Made by a program: the position numbers and the translations under genes. 64,000 nt of DNA from an uncultured SAR86 cluster bacterium (GTDB lineage Bacteria; Pseudomonadota; Gammaproteobacteria; Magnimaribacterales; AG-339-G14), in the NCBI GenBank assembly GCA_902587545.1, contig CACILL010000001.1, positions 331,300-395,299 on the forward strand, written 5' to 3'. This document shows positions 56,435 through 64,000 of the stretch, piece by piece. Every line of letters begins with the position of its first letter. The first letter of the stretch is position 1. Below the pieces are notes generated by a model that saw only the letters and a list, made by a program, of their open reading frames with translations, searched no databases and was not told the origin of the DNA.

Positions 56435-57181
56435 TTATCCTTGAACTCCTCTACAATTTTCAGGCACATAACCCGGTCCTTTGTTTTCTCCTTCAAGAAC
56501 GAATGTAATTCTTTGTGTGACACCTTCTACCTCCACCGCATTTCCATCTCTTATTAAAGGTTTATATTTATATCTTAACGCAGCTCTAATTGCAGCTCTA
56601 TCAAAAATTCCTTGTGGAATGGATTGAATGACTTCTGGATCTCTTACAGAGCCAACTTCTGTAACAACATATTTAAGAACAACACACCCTTCTATGCCTC
56701 TTTCAGCTGCTCTTCGAGGATACTGAGGAGGAACCTGGAAAATTGGTACATATGAGCCGTCCATGAAAACTCCAGATCTTCTTCTTTTGAAATTCAAATT
56801 TGGATTAACTGATTGATCAAGAAGTTCTTCAATGTTTTCGATATCTACTTCCGGAGGTAATTGGTCTGGTTCAGGCTCTGCTTCTTCTGGTCTTTCTACA
56901 GAGTCAATTAATTCGGGATCTCTGACAGGCATGACAACGTCTACAATTTTTCTGAGATTTGAATCGTCTAAAGAGACTTCACCTGTAGCGATTAATAAGG
57001 CCATCAGTAAAATGGATGCAAAAGAAACTACTGTCCCACCTGCAGCAGCTAATCCGTACTTTTGATAAGGACTATCGTCAAGCATAAGTTTTCTCATAGA
57101 AAAGGAATTTTCATCTTTTAAATGAGAATTTAAAGCTTTGTAAAAAAAGTTTGATAATAATTGTCTTATTTGTTTTTCCAT
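56435..57181 (-). CDS. tonB: energy transducer TonB
   Basis: N-terminal TM, Pro/Glu-rich spacer ERPEEAEPEPDQLPPEVD, and C-terminal TonB domain YPRRAAERGIEGCVVLKYVV...ALRYKYKP. Confidence 0.85.
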   Translation of the reverse strand: MEKQIRQLLSNFFYKALNSHLKDENSFSMRKLMLDDSPYQKYGLAAAGGTVVSFASILLMALLIATGEVSLDDSNLRKIVDVVMPVRDPELIDSVERPEEAEPEPDQLPPEVDIENIEELLDQSVNPNLNFKRRRSGVFMDGSYVPIFQVPPQYPRRAAERGIEGCVVLKYVVTEVGSVRDPEVIQSIPQGIFDRAAIRAALRYKYKPLIRDGNAVEVEGVTQRITFVLEGENKGPGYVPENCRGVQG

Positions 57182-57591
57182 TAGAAATTAGGTTCAGAAG
57201 CAATGGATATGTCAATCACTCCAGCTTCTCTTACTTCATCCATAACGTCAATAATTGTATCAGCCGTCGATTTTTCATCAGCCTGAATGACAACAGTCCC
57301 TTGAGGATTTTCTGCAATCATTCTTATGACATTTGCTTTAACTTGTCTTACATCAATTCTTCTGCCGTCCATATATATTTCACCGGCAGAGCCAATTGCG
57401 ATAAGAATCGCAGCATTTTCGGTAACCTCAGCTGTCTCTGAGTCAGGTCTATTTATTTCTAAGCCAGGTTCTTTAATAAAGTTTGCAGTAACAATGAAGA
57501 AAATCAAAAGAATAAATACAACATCCAGCATGGGAGTAATATTCGGCTCGTCCTTTTCTTCTACTGCTTGACTAATTAGTGATCTTCTCAT
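57181..57591 (-). CDS. exbD: biopolymer transport protein ExbD/TolR
   Basis: ITPMLDVVFILLIFFIV TM signature. 136 aa. Confidence 0.9.
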   Translation of the reverse strand: MRRSLISQAVEEKDEPNITPMLDVVFILLIFFIVTANFIKEPGLEINRPDSETAEVTENAAILIAIGSAGEIYMDGRRIDVRQVKANVIRMIAENPQGTVVIQADEKSTADTIIDVMDEVREAGVIDISIASEPNF

Positions 57592-57596
57592 TTTTT

Positions 57597-58121
57597 TTAC
57601 TCAAAAGTTAAATGTTCTTGTAATAAATCCGATTGTTTTTTTGCTTTTTGTTCCAATATTCTTGAAGCAAAAGTTGCAGGTATTGCAGCCATCAAACCAG
57701 CCATTGCTGGAATGGTAGATTTAGCCACGCCACCAGCCATTGCTTTTGCATCACCTCCACCAGTTACAGCTAAGATGTGAAAAACTTCTATCATGCCTAA
57801 AATGGTTCCTAACAAACCTAGTAATGGAGCTAATACAATGGCTACTCTAATGTACTCTAAGTTACTTTGTATTTTTACATTTGCTTTTGAAATCAACATG
57901 GACCTTATCTGATGACCTGACCATGATTTGCGATCTGAAGTTTCCTTCCAAGCGTTCTGTATATCTTTTTCTACATCGGCATGTATGTATTTAAAATACC
58001 AAAAACGCTCCAAAATAAAACTCCACATCAAGATAATTAAGAAGCCTATGAAGACAACAACTCCACCTCCCTTTTCAAAAAAATCTAGGAGAGTATCTTG
58101 TAATCCAAATAGGAAAGCCAT
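57597..58121 (-). CDS. exbB: MotA/TolQ/ExbB proton-channel protein (short ExbB)
   Basis: APLLGLLGTILGMIEVF channel motif. 174 aa. Confidence 0.88.
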   Translation of the reverse strand: MAFLFGLQDTLLDFFEKGGGVVVFIGFLIILMWSFILERFWYFKYIHADVEKDIQNAWKETSDRKSWSGHQIRSMLISKANVKIQSNLEYIRVAIVLAPLLGLLGTILGMIEVFHILAVTGGGDAKAMAGGVAKSTIPAMAGLMAAIPATFASRILEQKAKKQSDLLQEHLTFE

Positions 58122-58126
58122 AATTA

Positions 58127-59500
58127 TTAAGCTTTGTTTTCTTCAGATGCTGCAGCTACCATCCCTGTGCTTTGCTCTTCAAGAACGGTAAGTATGTTCT
58201 TAGCATAATTAGCCATGATAGCAGCCATAAAAGTTGCTGGAATAGCAGTCATCAAGCCAAGCATAGTTGTAACAAGAGCCTCGGAAATACCATTTGCCAT
58301 TGTTTTTGGATCTCCAGTGCCAAATAAAGTAATAGCTTGGAAAGTATTGATCATCCCGGTGATAGTTCCGAACAATCCTAACAAAGGAGCAACAACTGAA
58401 ATTAATCTAACTAACCAAATACCTGTATCTATGGATGCTCTCTCAACTAATATTTGTTCTGCTAATTTAAGTTCTAATGTTTCAACATCTGATCCTTTAT
58501 TTTGTTCAGCAACATCAAATATTCTTGATAGAGGATTATTCCCTTGTCTGGAGCCAGAAGCTTCTTTCTTCACGTTTTTATCAAGATTAAACAAGATATA
58601 AGTTCTCCAACCAAAAATTCCTGTGGCTAACAAGAAGAGAAGGATGATGGTATAACCTGTGATTCTTCCATACTGAATCTGCTCAAAAAAACTTGGAAGA
58701 GAAATTAGGTTTGTAAGTAAAGCTCCTCCTTGAGGTCCTGTAGGATCAACTGCAAACTCAACAAATCCTGTTGAAGTATCATGTACGTCATACGTTCCCC
58801 CAAGATATCTACCAGGTTGTCTTGGAAGGGTTTCATAAGCGCCTCTGGCAGGAAGGTAAGTTAAATATTGCCCTTCAGTTACAGCATTGAAGTTTCCTAC
58901 CCTAACTACATTTTGTTGAGATGTTTGACCTTCGTTATCTACTACCGTAGCTTGGAATTTTTGAACATTTCCTGAAGCAACTAACTCTCTTGATAATTCA
59001 TACCAAAGTCTTTCTAGTTCTTCTATCGAAGCCAAACTAATACCTTCGCCCATTCTTTTTGCTAGGTCCTTCAGGAAAATTTCCCTATCCTTGCCAAATT
59101 GTCCAGAAGTTACTGCTGACTCAAATTGTTGTTGTGTATCTGAAGCTACTCCTTGCAGATGACCAAAAGTTTCATACAAAGATCCAAGTCTAGTTTTTAA
59201 CTGTTCTTCTAAAACAACAAGTTTTGCATCATTAGCTTCAAATCTTGATTCTAGTTCTGTAGCAATTGCTTCAAGCCTTGACCTTTCTGCTTTTGCATTT
59301 GCCAGTAAGGTTGCTTGGCGACTTCTTTCTCTAGCAAATTTCTGTTCTCTTTCAGTTGCTTCTTCAGATTCTGCAAATTTACCCTGTTGAACAAGTTCTA
59401 AAAGCTGTTCCAAAGACAGTGCAGTGTCAGGCTTCTCTTCCTGTGCATATGAAAAGGGAAGAAATAAAGCAAAAATAATTATTAGTAACTTTGATTTCAT
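58127..59500 (-). CDS. large MotA/TolQ/ExbB-family protein with periplasmic coiled-coil N-domain (TtpC-like)
   Basis: Signal peptide, about 270 aa of coiled-coil/periplasmic region, and a C-terminal channel domain with APLLGLFGTITGMINTF. 457 aa, as for TtpC of Vibrio TonB2 systems. Confidence 0.82.
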   Translation of the reverse strand: MKSKLLIIIFALFLPFSYAQEEKPDTALSLEQLLELVQQGKFAESEEATEREQKFARERSRQATLLANAKAERSRLEAIATELESRFEANDAKLVVLEEQLKTRLGSLYETFGHLQGVASDTQQQFESAVTSGQFGKDREIFLKDLAKRMGEGISLASIEELERLWYELSRELVASGNVQKFQATVVDNEGQTSQQNVVRVGNFNAVTEGQYLTYLPARGAYETLPRQPGRYLGGTYDVHDTSTGFVEFAVDPTGPQGGALLTNLISLPSFFEQIQYGRITGYTIILLFLLATGIFGWRTYILFNLDKNVKKEASGSRQGNNPLSRIFDVAEQNKGSDVETLELKLAEQILVERASIDTGIWLVRLISVVAPLLGLFGTITGMINTFQAITLFGTGDPKTMANGISEALVTTMLGLMTAIPATFMAAIMANYAKNILTVLEEQSTGMVAAASEENKA

Positions 59501-60264
59501 TGGGTCACCTCCGCAGCTGGAACAGGTAACTCCAGAATATCAACGGTTTTTACTTTTTTAGCCATTGCTATACCGTCTCTGATTGAGTTTCTGTATCTGC
59601 CAGGTAAAGATTCCCAAGACTGAGTTTCTTTGTTGTAGATACCAGTCTCAGAAAGATCAGAGGTTTGATAAGCAAGAACCAATCTACCAATCCTAAGGAT
59701 ATTTACATCTCTTTCTTGGTCGTCAATCAAAATTGTATCTTTATAAGTGTCTATCTTTCGTCCATATTCAGACTCCACAGAATAACCATCCAAAACCTGT
59801 CTGAGTTTTTCAGCAGGAGAAACAACTGGGTTATCTAAAGCTGCTTGAATAAAAGATAATCTTTCCGTTCTTTCTCCAGCTCTGAATGGGATATCAAGGG
59901 CTATGAATTGCTTTAAACCTTCAAACATTCTTCTTGCTAACGGGGGAATTTGACGTTGAAGAACAGTTGAGTCTTTCATAGTTTTTTCAATCTCTTTCAT
60001 TCTTTCAACTTGACGTTTTATCTGTTTTCTTTTCTGAGCGTTATAGACCTTCAAACCTTCGATTTGCTTGCTAACACTTTTGTATTCTGCAGAGTCTTTA
60101 TCGGTTTTATCTTGAAAAGAATCTATTTTTTGTTGTGAAGCTTGGGCAAGAAGTGCTCTTTCTTTATTAACTTCCAGTACTGGCTCAAGTTGAGCGCTTA
60201 AATATAATGATGCAGTTAATAAAAAAAGCGTTAAAATTACTCTATTTAACTTAGTTATAAACAT
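59497..60264 (-). CDS. DUF3450 periplasmic coiled-coil protein (TtpB-like), first gene of the TonB2-type cluster
   Basis: Signal peptide MFITKLNRVILTLFLLTASLYLSA plus coiled-coil. ATG at 60264 is preceded by AGGGGA; the upstream extension to 60333 overlaps a hairpin and is unlikely to be coding. Confidence 0.72.
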   Translation of the reverse strand: MFITKLNRVILTLFLLTASLYLSAQLEPVLEVNKERALLAQASQQKIDSFQDKTDKDSAEYKSVSKQIEGLKVYNAQKRKQIKRQVERMKEIEKTMKDSTVLQRQIPPLARRMFEGLKQFIALDIPFRAGERTERLSFIQAALDNPVVSPAEKLRQVLDGYSVESEYGRKIDTYKDTILIDDQERDVNILRIGRLVLAYQTSDLSETGIYNKETQSWESLPGRYRNSIRDGIAMAKKVKTVDILELPVPAAEVTQ

Positions 60265-60296
60265 TATTAATCCCCTGATTATTTTAAGATTAAAGC

Positions 60297-60332
60297 AAAA
60301 AAAATGGTCTAAAACTAGCACTGTTTTGACCA
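60297..60332 (-). promoter_or_regulatory. terminator-like hairpin plus U8 tract in the leader of the TonB2-type operon
   Basis: The minus strand reads TGGTCAAAAC-AGTGCTA-GTTTT(A)GACCA followed by TTTTTTTT. That is a 10-bp stem with one bulge and a 7-nt loop, about 30 nt upstream of the RBS/ATG at 60264. Confidence 0.4.
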
Positions 60333-60415
60333 TATGAGGGAAACTTTATGGTTAAAACAAGATATTTGCAACTTGTATTATTCTTTTTAAAAAGGTAAGG
60401 GTTAGAAGTAACGAA

Positions 60416-60985
60416 ATGAGTCAAATTAGCACGAATGAATTTAAACAAGGATTAAAAATAGTTCTGGATAAATCGCCATGTGAAATCATTGAACATGAAT
60501 TTCATAAGCCAGGAAAGGGACAGGCTGTAATGAGAATTAAATACAGAGATCTCTTGTCCAATAGAGTTCTAGAAAAAACTTTTAAGACAGGAGAATCTGT
60601 TGAGAAAGCAGAAATTTCTAGTAAGGAAATGCAATTTTTATATCAACAAGATAATAAAGTTATTCTTATGGACACAACGAATTACGAACAATTCGAATGC
60701 GATCAATCAAAAATTGAAAAACAGGTAGTTTGGATGAAAGAAGGTGCTAGCTACGAAATCATTTTCTGGGAAGATACTTTAATTACTGTTGAAATTGATA
60801 ATTTTGTCGATATTTCTGTAAAAGATACAGATCCCGGATTAAAAGGAGATACAGCAACAAATACTTTTAAACCAGCTATTTTAGAAAATGGAATTGAAAT
60901 AAAAGTTCCTCTATTTATTTCTCCAGGAGACTTCATTTCAGTCGATACAAGAAGTATGGAATACCAAGGTAGAGTTAATAAATGA
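60416..60985 (+). CDS. efp: elongation factor P (Lys-type modification loop)
   Basis: FHKPGKGQAVMRIKYRDL; the KPGKGQA loop matches the E. coli-type lysylated EF-P. Confidence 0.95.
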   Translation: MSQISTNEFKQGLKIVLDKSPCEIIEHEFHKPGKGQAVMRIKYRDLLSNRVLEKTFKTGESVEKAEISSKEMQFLYQQDNKVILMDTTNYEQFECDQSKIEKQVVWMKEGASYEIIFWEDTLITVEIDNFVDISVKDTDPGLKGDTATNTFKPAILENGIEIKVPLFISPGDFISVDTRSMEYQGRVNK

Positions 60986-62673
60986 AGGATGAAATTTTTA
61001 ATTCTTTACAGAAAGCCTCTTTAAAAATTTCTCCAGAGTTCGCTGGCAGCTTTCAAGTTACCAAACCTCAAGATTCACAACATGGGGATTGGTCTTCAAA
61101 TATAGCCTTGATTATGGCTAAAGAAATGAAAAAAAATCCGCGTGAACTTGCGGTTGAAATTATAAGTGCTCTTGAGGGATTAGATTATTCAGAAAAGATA
61201 GAAGTTGCCGGGGCTGGATTTATAAATATTTATCTCAAGGAGGATTTATTTTTTAGTCAGATAAGAAACTATGCCTTAGGAGATTTCAAAGGTCTATTAC
61301 AAGAAAAAGAACCAAAAAAAATTCTTCTGGAATATGTTTCCAGCAATCCAACTGGTCCCATCCATGTCGGACATGGAAGATCTGCGGCCTTTGGTTCAGC
61401 TTTAGCAAATCTATTAAAAGTAGCGGGAAATAAAGTAACCCAAGAATATTATGTAAACGATAGAGGTCTTCAGGCCAAAACTTTGGGTTTGAGTGTCTTT
61501 ATTAGAATGCAAGAATTGGATAATAAAAAGATTGTATTACCTGAAGATTGTTATGCAGGAGAATACATAAAAGATCTTGCTACGAAAGCAAAAAAACATT
61601 TTAAAGGAAAATATCTTGTCAAAAAGGATGACAATCTTTTCTTTGAAACGCTCAACGAATGGTTTGAGTATGTAGATGCAACGTATGAAAATTTTTTAGA
61701 ATTAGCAAACTACGTCATTGAGCTTCAGACAGAAGAAATAAAAAAGGATTTGGAGGTTTTTCAAGTCAAATATGATAACTGGTTCAATGAATCAAGCTTG
61801 TATGAAAAAGATTTGATTCAAAAAAGTATAAAAAATTTAAAAAATAATGAAGTAGAAAAAAAAGATGGCGCTTTATGGTTCAAATCTACTAATTATGGTG
61901 ATGAAAAGGACAGAGTCCTAATAAGAGACAATGAAGAGCCCACATATTTTGCATCAGATATTGCTTATCACAAGGATAAGTATGATAGGGATTTTGATGA
62001 AATCATAAATATTTGGGGAGCAGACCATCATGGTTATATTCCCAGAGTAAAAGCATCCATTGAATCCTTAGGTTTAGACGCTAAAAAGCTTAAAACTCTG
62101 CTCATACAGTTTGTTTCTCTTAAAGAGAAAGGGCAAAAGGTCCAAATGTCTACAAGATCTGGAGAATTTGTTGAGTTATCTGATCTGGTAGATGAAGTTG
62201 GTATCGATTCGGCTAGATATTATTTCTTGGCGAGAAAGCCTGAGCAAGCCCTAGAATTTGATATCGATTTAGCTAAAAAAACAAACAAGGATAATCACGT
62301 TTATTATATCCAGTATGCTCATGCAAGGATTTGCAGTATAAAAAAAGAGCTTAAAAAAAGAAAAATAGATTTCAACCTTAAAGAATCATTAGAAAAGTTA
62401 AGTTTATTAAAAGAGACTGAAAAAGAAATCATATCGTTGGTTAATGGCTATCCTGAAATACTTGAGCAATGCTATAAAAATAATGAGCTTCACCCGTTAT
62501 GTTTTTACCTAAGGGATTTAAGTTCTAAATTTCATAGCTTTTACAATGCAGAAAAGATTATTTCTGATAATAAAGATTATTCAGATGCCAAGATTGCACT
62601 TTCTATTGCAATAAAAGAAATAATAAATAATGGTCTTAATATTTTGGGAATTGGCTGTCCGGAAAAAATGTAA
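60982..62673 (+). CDS. argS: arginine--tRNA ligase
   Basis: HIGH-type SSNPTGPIHVGHGR, MSTRSG (KMSK-equivalent), and C-terminal DALR-type anticodon-binding domain. Confidence 0.95.
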   Translation: MKDEIFNSLQKASLKISPEFAGSFQVTKPQDSQHGDWSSNIALIMAKEMKKNPRELAVEIISALEGLDYSEKIEVAGAGFINIYLKEDLFFSQIRNYALGDFKGLLQEKEPKKILLEYVSSNPTGPIHVGHGRSAAFGSALANLLKVAGNKVTQEYYVNDRGLQAKTLGLSVFIRMQELDNKKIVLPEDCYAGEYIKDLATKAKKHFKGKYLVKKDDNLFFETLNEWFEYVDATYENFLELANYVIELQTEEIKKDLEVFQVKYDNWFNESSLYEKDLIQKSIKNLKNNEVEKKDGALWFKSTNYGDEKDRVLIRDNEEPTYFASDIAYHKDKYDRDFDEIINIWGADHHGYIPRVKASIESLGLDAKKLKTLLIQFVSLKEKGQKVQMSTRSGEFVELSDLVDEVGIDSARYYFLARKPEQALEFDIDLAKKTNKDNHVYYIQYAHARICSIKKELKKRKIDFNLKESLEKLSLLKETEKEIISLVNGYPEILEQCYKNNELHPLCFYLRDLSSKFHSFYNAEKIISDNKDYSDAKIALSIAIKEIINNGLNILGIGCPEKM

Positions 62674-63338
62674 TGGAAAGCATCAAAGAAAAAATAAAAA
62701 TAGTCCAATCCAAGATAGATACGTCGAAAACAGATAAAAATGTAAAACTTGTTGCAGTTAGTAAAAAAAAGTCATGGCAAGAAATTTCAGAGGCTTATGA
62801 AAATGGAATTTCTGATTTTGGAGAAAATTATTTGCAAGAGTCTTTGGAAAAGATTTCTAAACTGAAAGATTTAAAAATTAATTGGCATTTTATTGGGAAT
62901 ATTCAATCAAATAAATGCGAAGAAATAGCTAAAAATTTCGACTGGGTTCATACGATTGATAGATTAAAAATTGCTAAGTTAATTGATAAGTATTGCCCAG
63001 ATGACAAGTGTATAAAGTGCCTGATACAAATAAATATAGATAATGAAGAATCAAAATCCGGCATAAGAATGGAAGAAGTAGAAAATTTTTTAAATGAGTT
63101 GTCTGACTTAAAAAAAATCAAAATTTGTGGATTAATGATTATTCCCAATCCAAATGTAGCATTGTCAGATCTCCAACAAACCTTTAAGAAAATTAAGATG
63201 CTTGCAGATAGGCTAATTGAAAATTATGAGAATCTAACTGAGATCTCTATGGGAATGTCTAGAGATTTCGAATTAGCAATCAAAGAAGGTTCTACTATAG
63301 TAAGATTGGGTGAGACTATATTTGGGGCAAGAAATTAA
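62673..63338 (+). CDS. yggS: YggS-family pyridoxal-phosphate homeostasis protein
   Basis: VKLVAVSKKK (PLP Lys), HFIGNIQSNK, LSMGMSRDFELAIKEGSTIVRLG. Confidence 0.9.
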   Translation: MESIKEKIKIVQSKIDTSKTDKNVKLVAVSKKKSWQEISEAYENGISDFGENYLQESLEKISKLKDLKINWHFIGNIQSNKCEEIAKNFDWVHTIDRLKIAKLIDKYCPDDKCIKCLIQINIDNEESKSGIRMEEVENFLNELSDLKKIKICGLMIIPNPNVALSDLQQTFKKIKMLADRLIENYENLTEISMGMSRDFELAIKEGSTIVRLGETIFGARN

Positions 63339-64000
63339 ATGAAAATAGGTTTTATCGGTGTCGGGAATCTTGGAGAAAAAGCAGTTAAAAAGCTTTCTAA
63401 AGATTATGATCTATTTTTGTCTGATCCAATTGAAAAAGACGAACTCAAAAAAGTTACAAATGGTTATTTTTCTTTAGAGGAGACAATAAATTCTTCTGAT
63501 GTAATCTTTTTTACTATTAAACCTAATATGATTGGGGAGTTATTTTCTAAAAATGACTTTAACTTGCAAGATAAAACCTTTATCTCATTTATGGCAGGAT
63601 TAAGTCTTGAAAAAATTCATGCTCTAATAGGGAAAAAAACAAACCTCATCAGAGGTATGCCAACTGTTGGCATTGGAACAGGAGACAGTACCATTGCCAT
63701 TACATCAAACTTTTCCATATCTGAAGAGATTAAGAATATGCTTTCCAATCTTGGCTCAGTAATTGAAATGAAAGAAGAACATTTTGATGCTTTTACTGCC
63801 ATAGTTGGAGCCGGACCTGCATACTTTGCCCTTTTGGCAGAAACTTTAGTTGAGATTGCTCAGAAGGAAGGTTTTGAAAAACCTGAATCCTGGGTAAATA
63901 CTCTCATGTTGGGAACATCAAAAATATATGATGAAGAGAAAGAAATTGGTTTTGAGAGCATTATGTCCATGGTGGCCTCAAAAGGCGGAGTTACTGAAAA
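63339..64000 (+). CDS. proC: pyrroline-5-carboxylate reductase (partial, runs off window end)
   Basis: The ATG at 63339 opens a frame with no stop to the window edge. It has Rossmann motif MKIGFIGVGNLGEK, GAGPAYFALLAETL, and SKGGVTE. It is not in the supplied ORF track because it has no stop. Confidence 0.85.
   Translation, partial: MKIGFIGVGNLGEKAVKKLSKDYDLFLSDPIEKDELKKVTNGYFSLEETINSSDVIFFTIKPNMIGELFSKNDFNLQDKTFISFMAGLSLEKIHALIGKKTNLIRGMPTVGIGTGDSTIAITSNFSISEEIKNMLSNLGSVIEMKEEHFDAFTAIVGAGPAYFALLAETLVEIAQKEGFEKPESWVNTLMLGTSKIYDEEKEIGFESIMSMVASKGGVTE

Noticed and set aside
60265-60300. Fur-box-like AT-rich sequence (AATAATCAGGGGATTAATAAT on the minus strand) ahead of the TonB2 cluster, and a similar search ahead of the TBDR
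   Set aside because: There is no convincing dyad symmetry or match to GATAATGATAATCATTATC. The segment is better explained as the RBS (AGGGGA) plus AT-rich spacer.
1-64000. CRISPR arrays, rRNA genes, additional tRNAs, riboswitches, long tandem or interspersed repeats
   Set aside because: No intergenic space longer than about 200 nt exists, and I saw no repeat-spacer periodicity or conserved riboswitch cores in the few spacers. A proper scan (Infernal/tRNAscan, repeat finders) would still be needed to exclude small elements inside coding regions.

Overview
Visibly AT-rich, extremely gene-dense chromosomal segment with Gammaproteobacteria-type synteny: rsmA-apaH, tsaD|rpsU, gmk-rpoZ-spoT-ridA-recG, hisBHAF, mutY-yggX-tRNA-Phe, lgt-thyA-folA, efp-argS-yggS-proC. 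The style fits a streamlined marine gammaproteobacterium (possibly SAR86-like), but that is inference only. I call about 75 CDS, one tRNA (Phe-GAA), one clear bidirectional intrinsic terminator and a few weaker regulatory candidates. I saw no rRNA, CRISPR, IS/transposase, integrase, phage or recognisable defence genes. All protein calls rest on motifs and family resemblance recognised by eye in the supplied translations; no database search was run. Most of the window is housekeeping. The stand-outs are listed below. (1) An accessory-looking block of about 16 kb (31.6-47.6 kb) starts right after tRNA-Phe. It holds a TonB-dependent receptor surrounded by a DUF3604 lipoprotein, a partner-less cytochrome P450, Fe-ADH, an atypical SDR, two ABM-fold proteins (one with a signal peptide), nitronate monooxygenase, DUF1295, GlcG/HbpS-like protein, GST and a family III CoA-transferase. 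This is my best candidate for an undescribed uptake and oxidation system. (2) A type II glutamine synthetase sits in the canonical glnA slot upstream of ntrBC, and NtrC carries GAFKGA instead of the sigma54-contacting GAFTGA loop. (3) zapE has no ATG/GTG/TTG start upstream of its Walker A; a well-spaced Shine-Dalgarno points to an ATA codon that overlaps the upstream stop. (4) A complete six-gene TonB2/Ttp-type energy-transduction cluster has a terminator-like hairpin in its leader. (5) Convergent gene pairs repeatedly share a 4-nt overlapping-stop tetramer, and divergent pairs have almost no promoter space.
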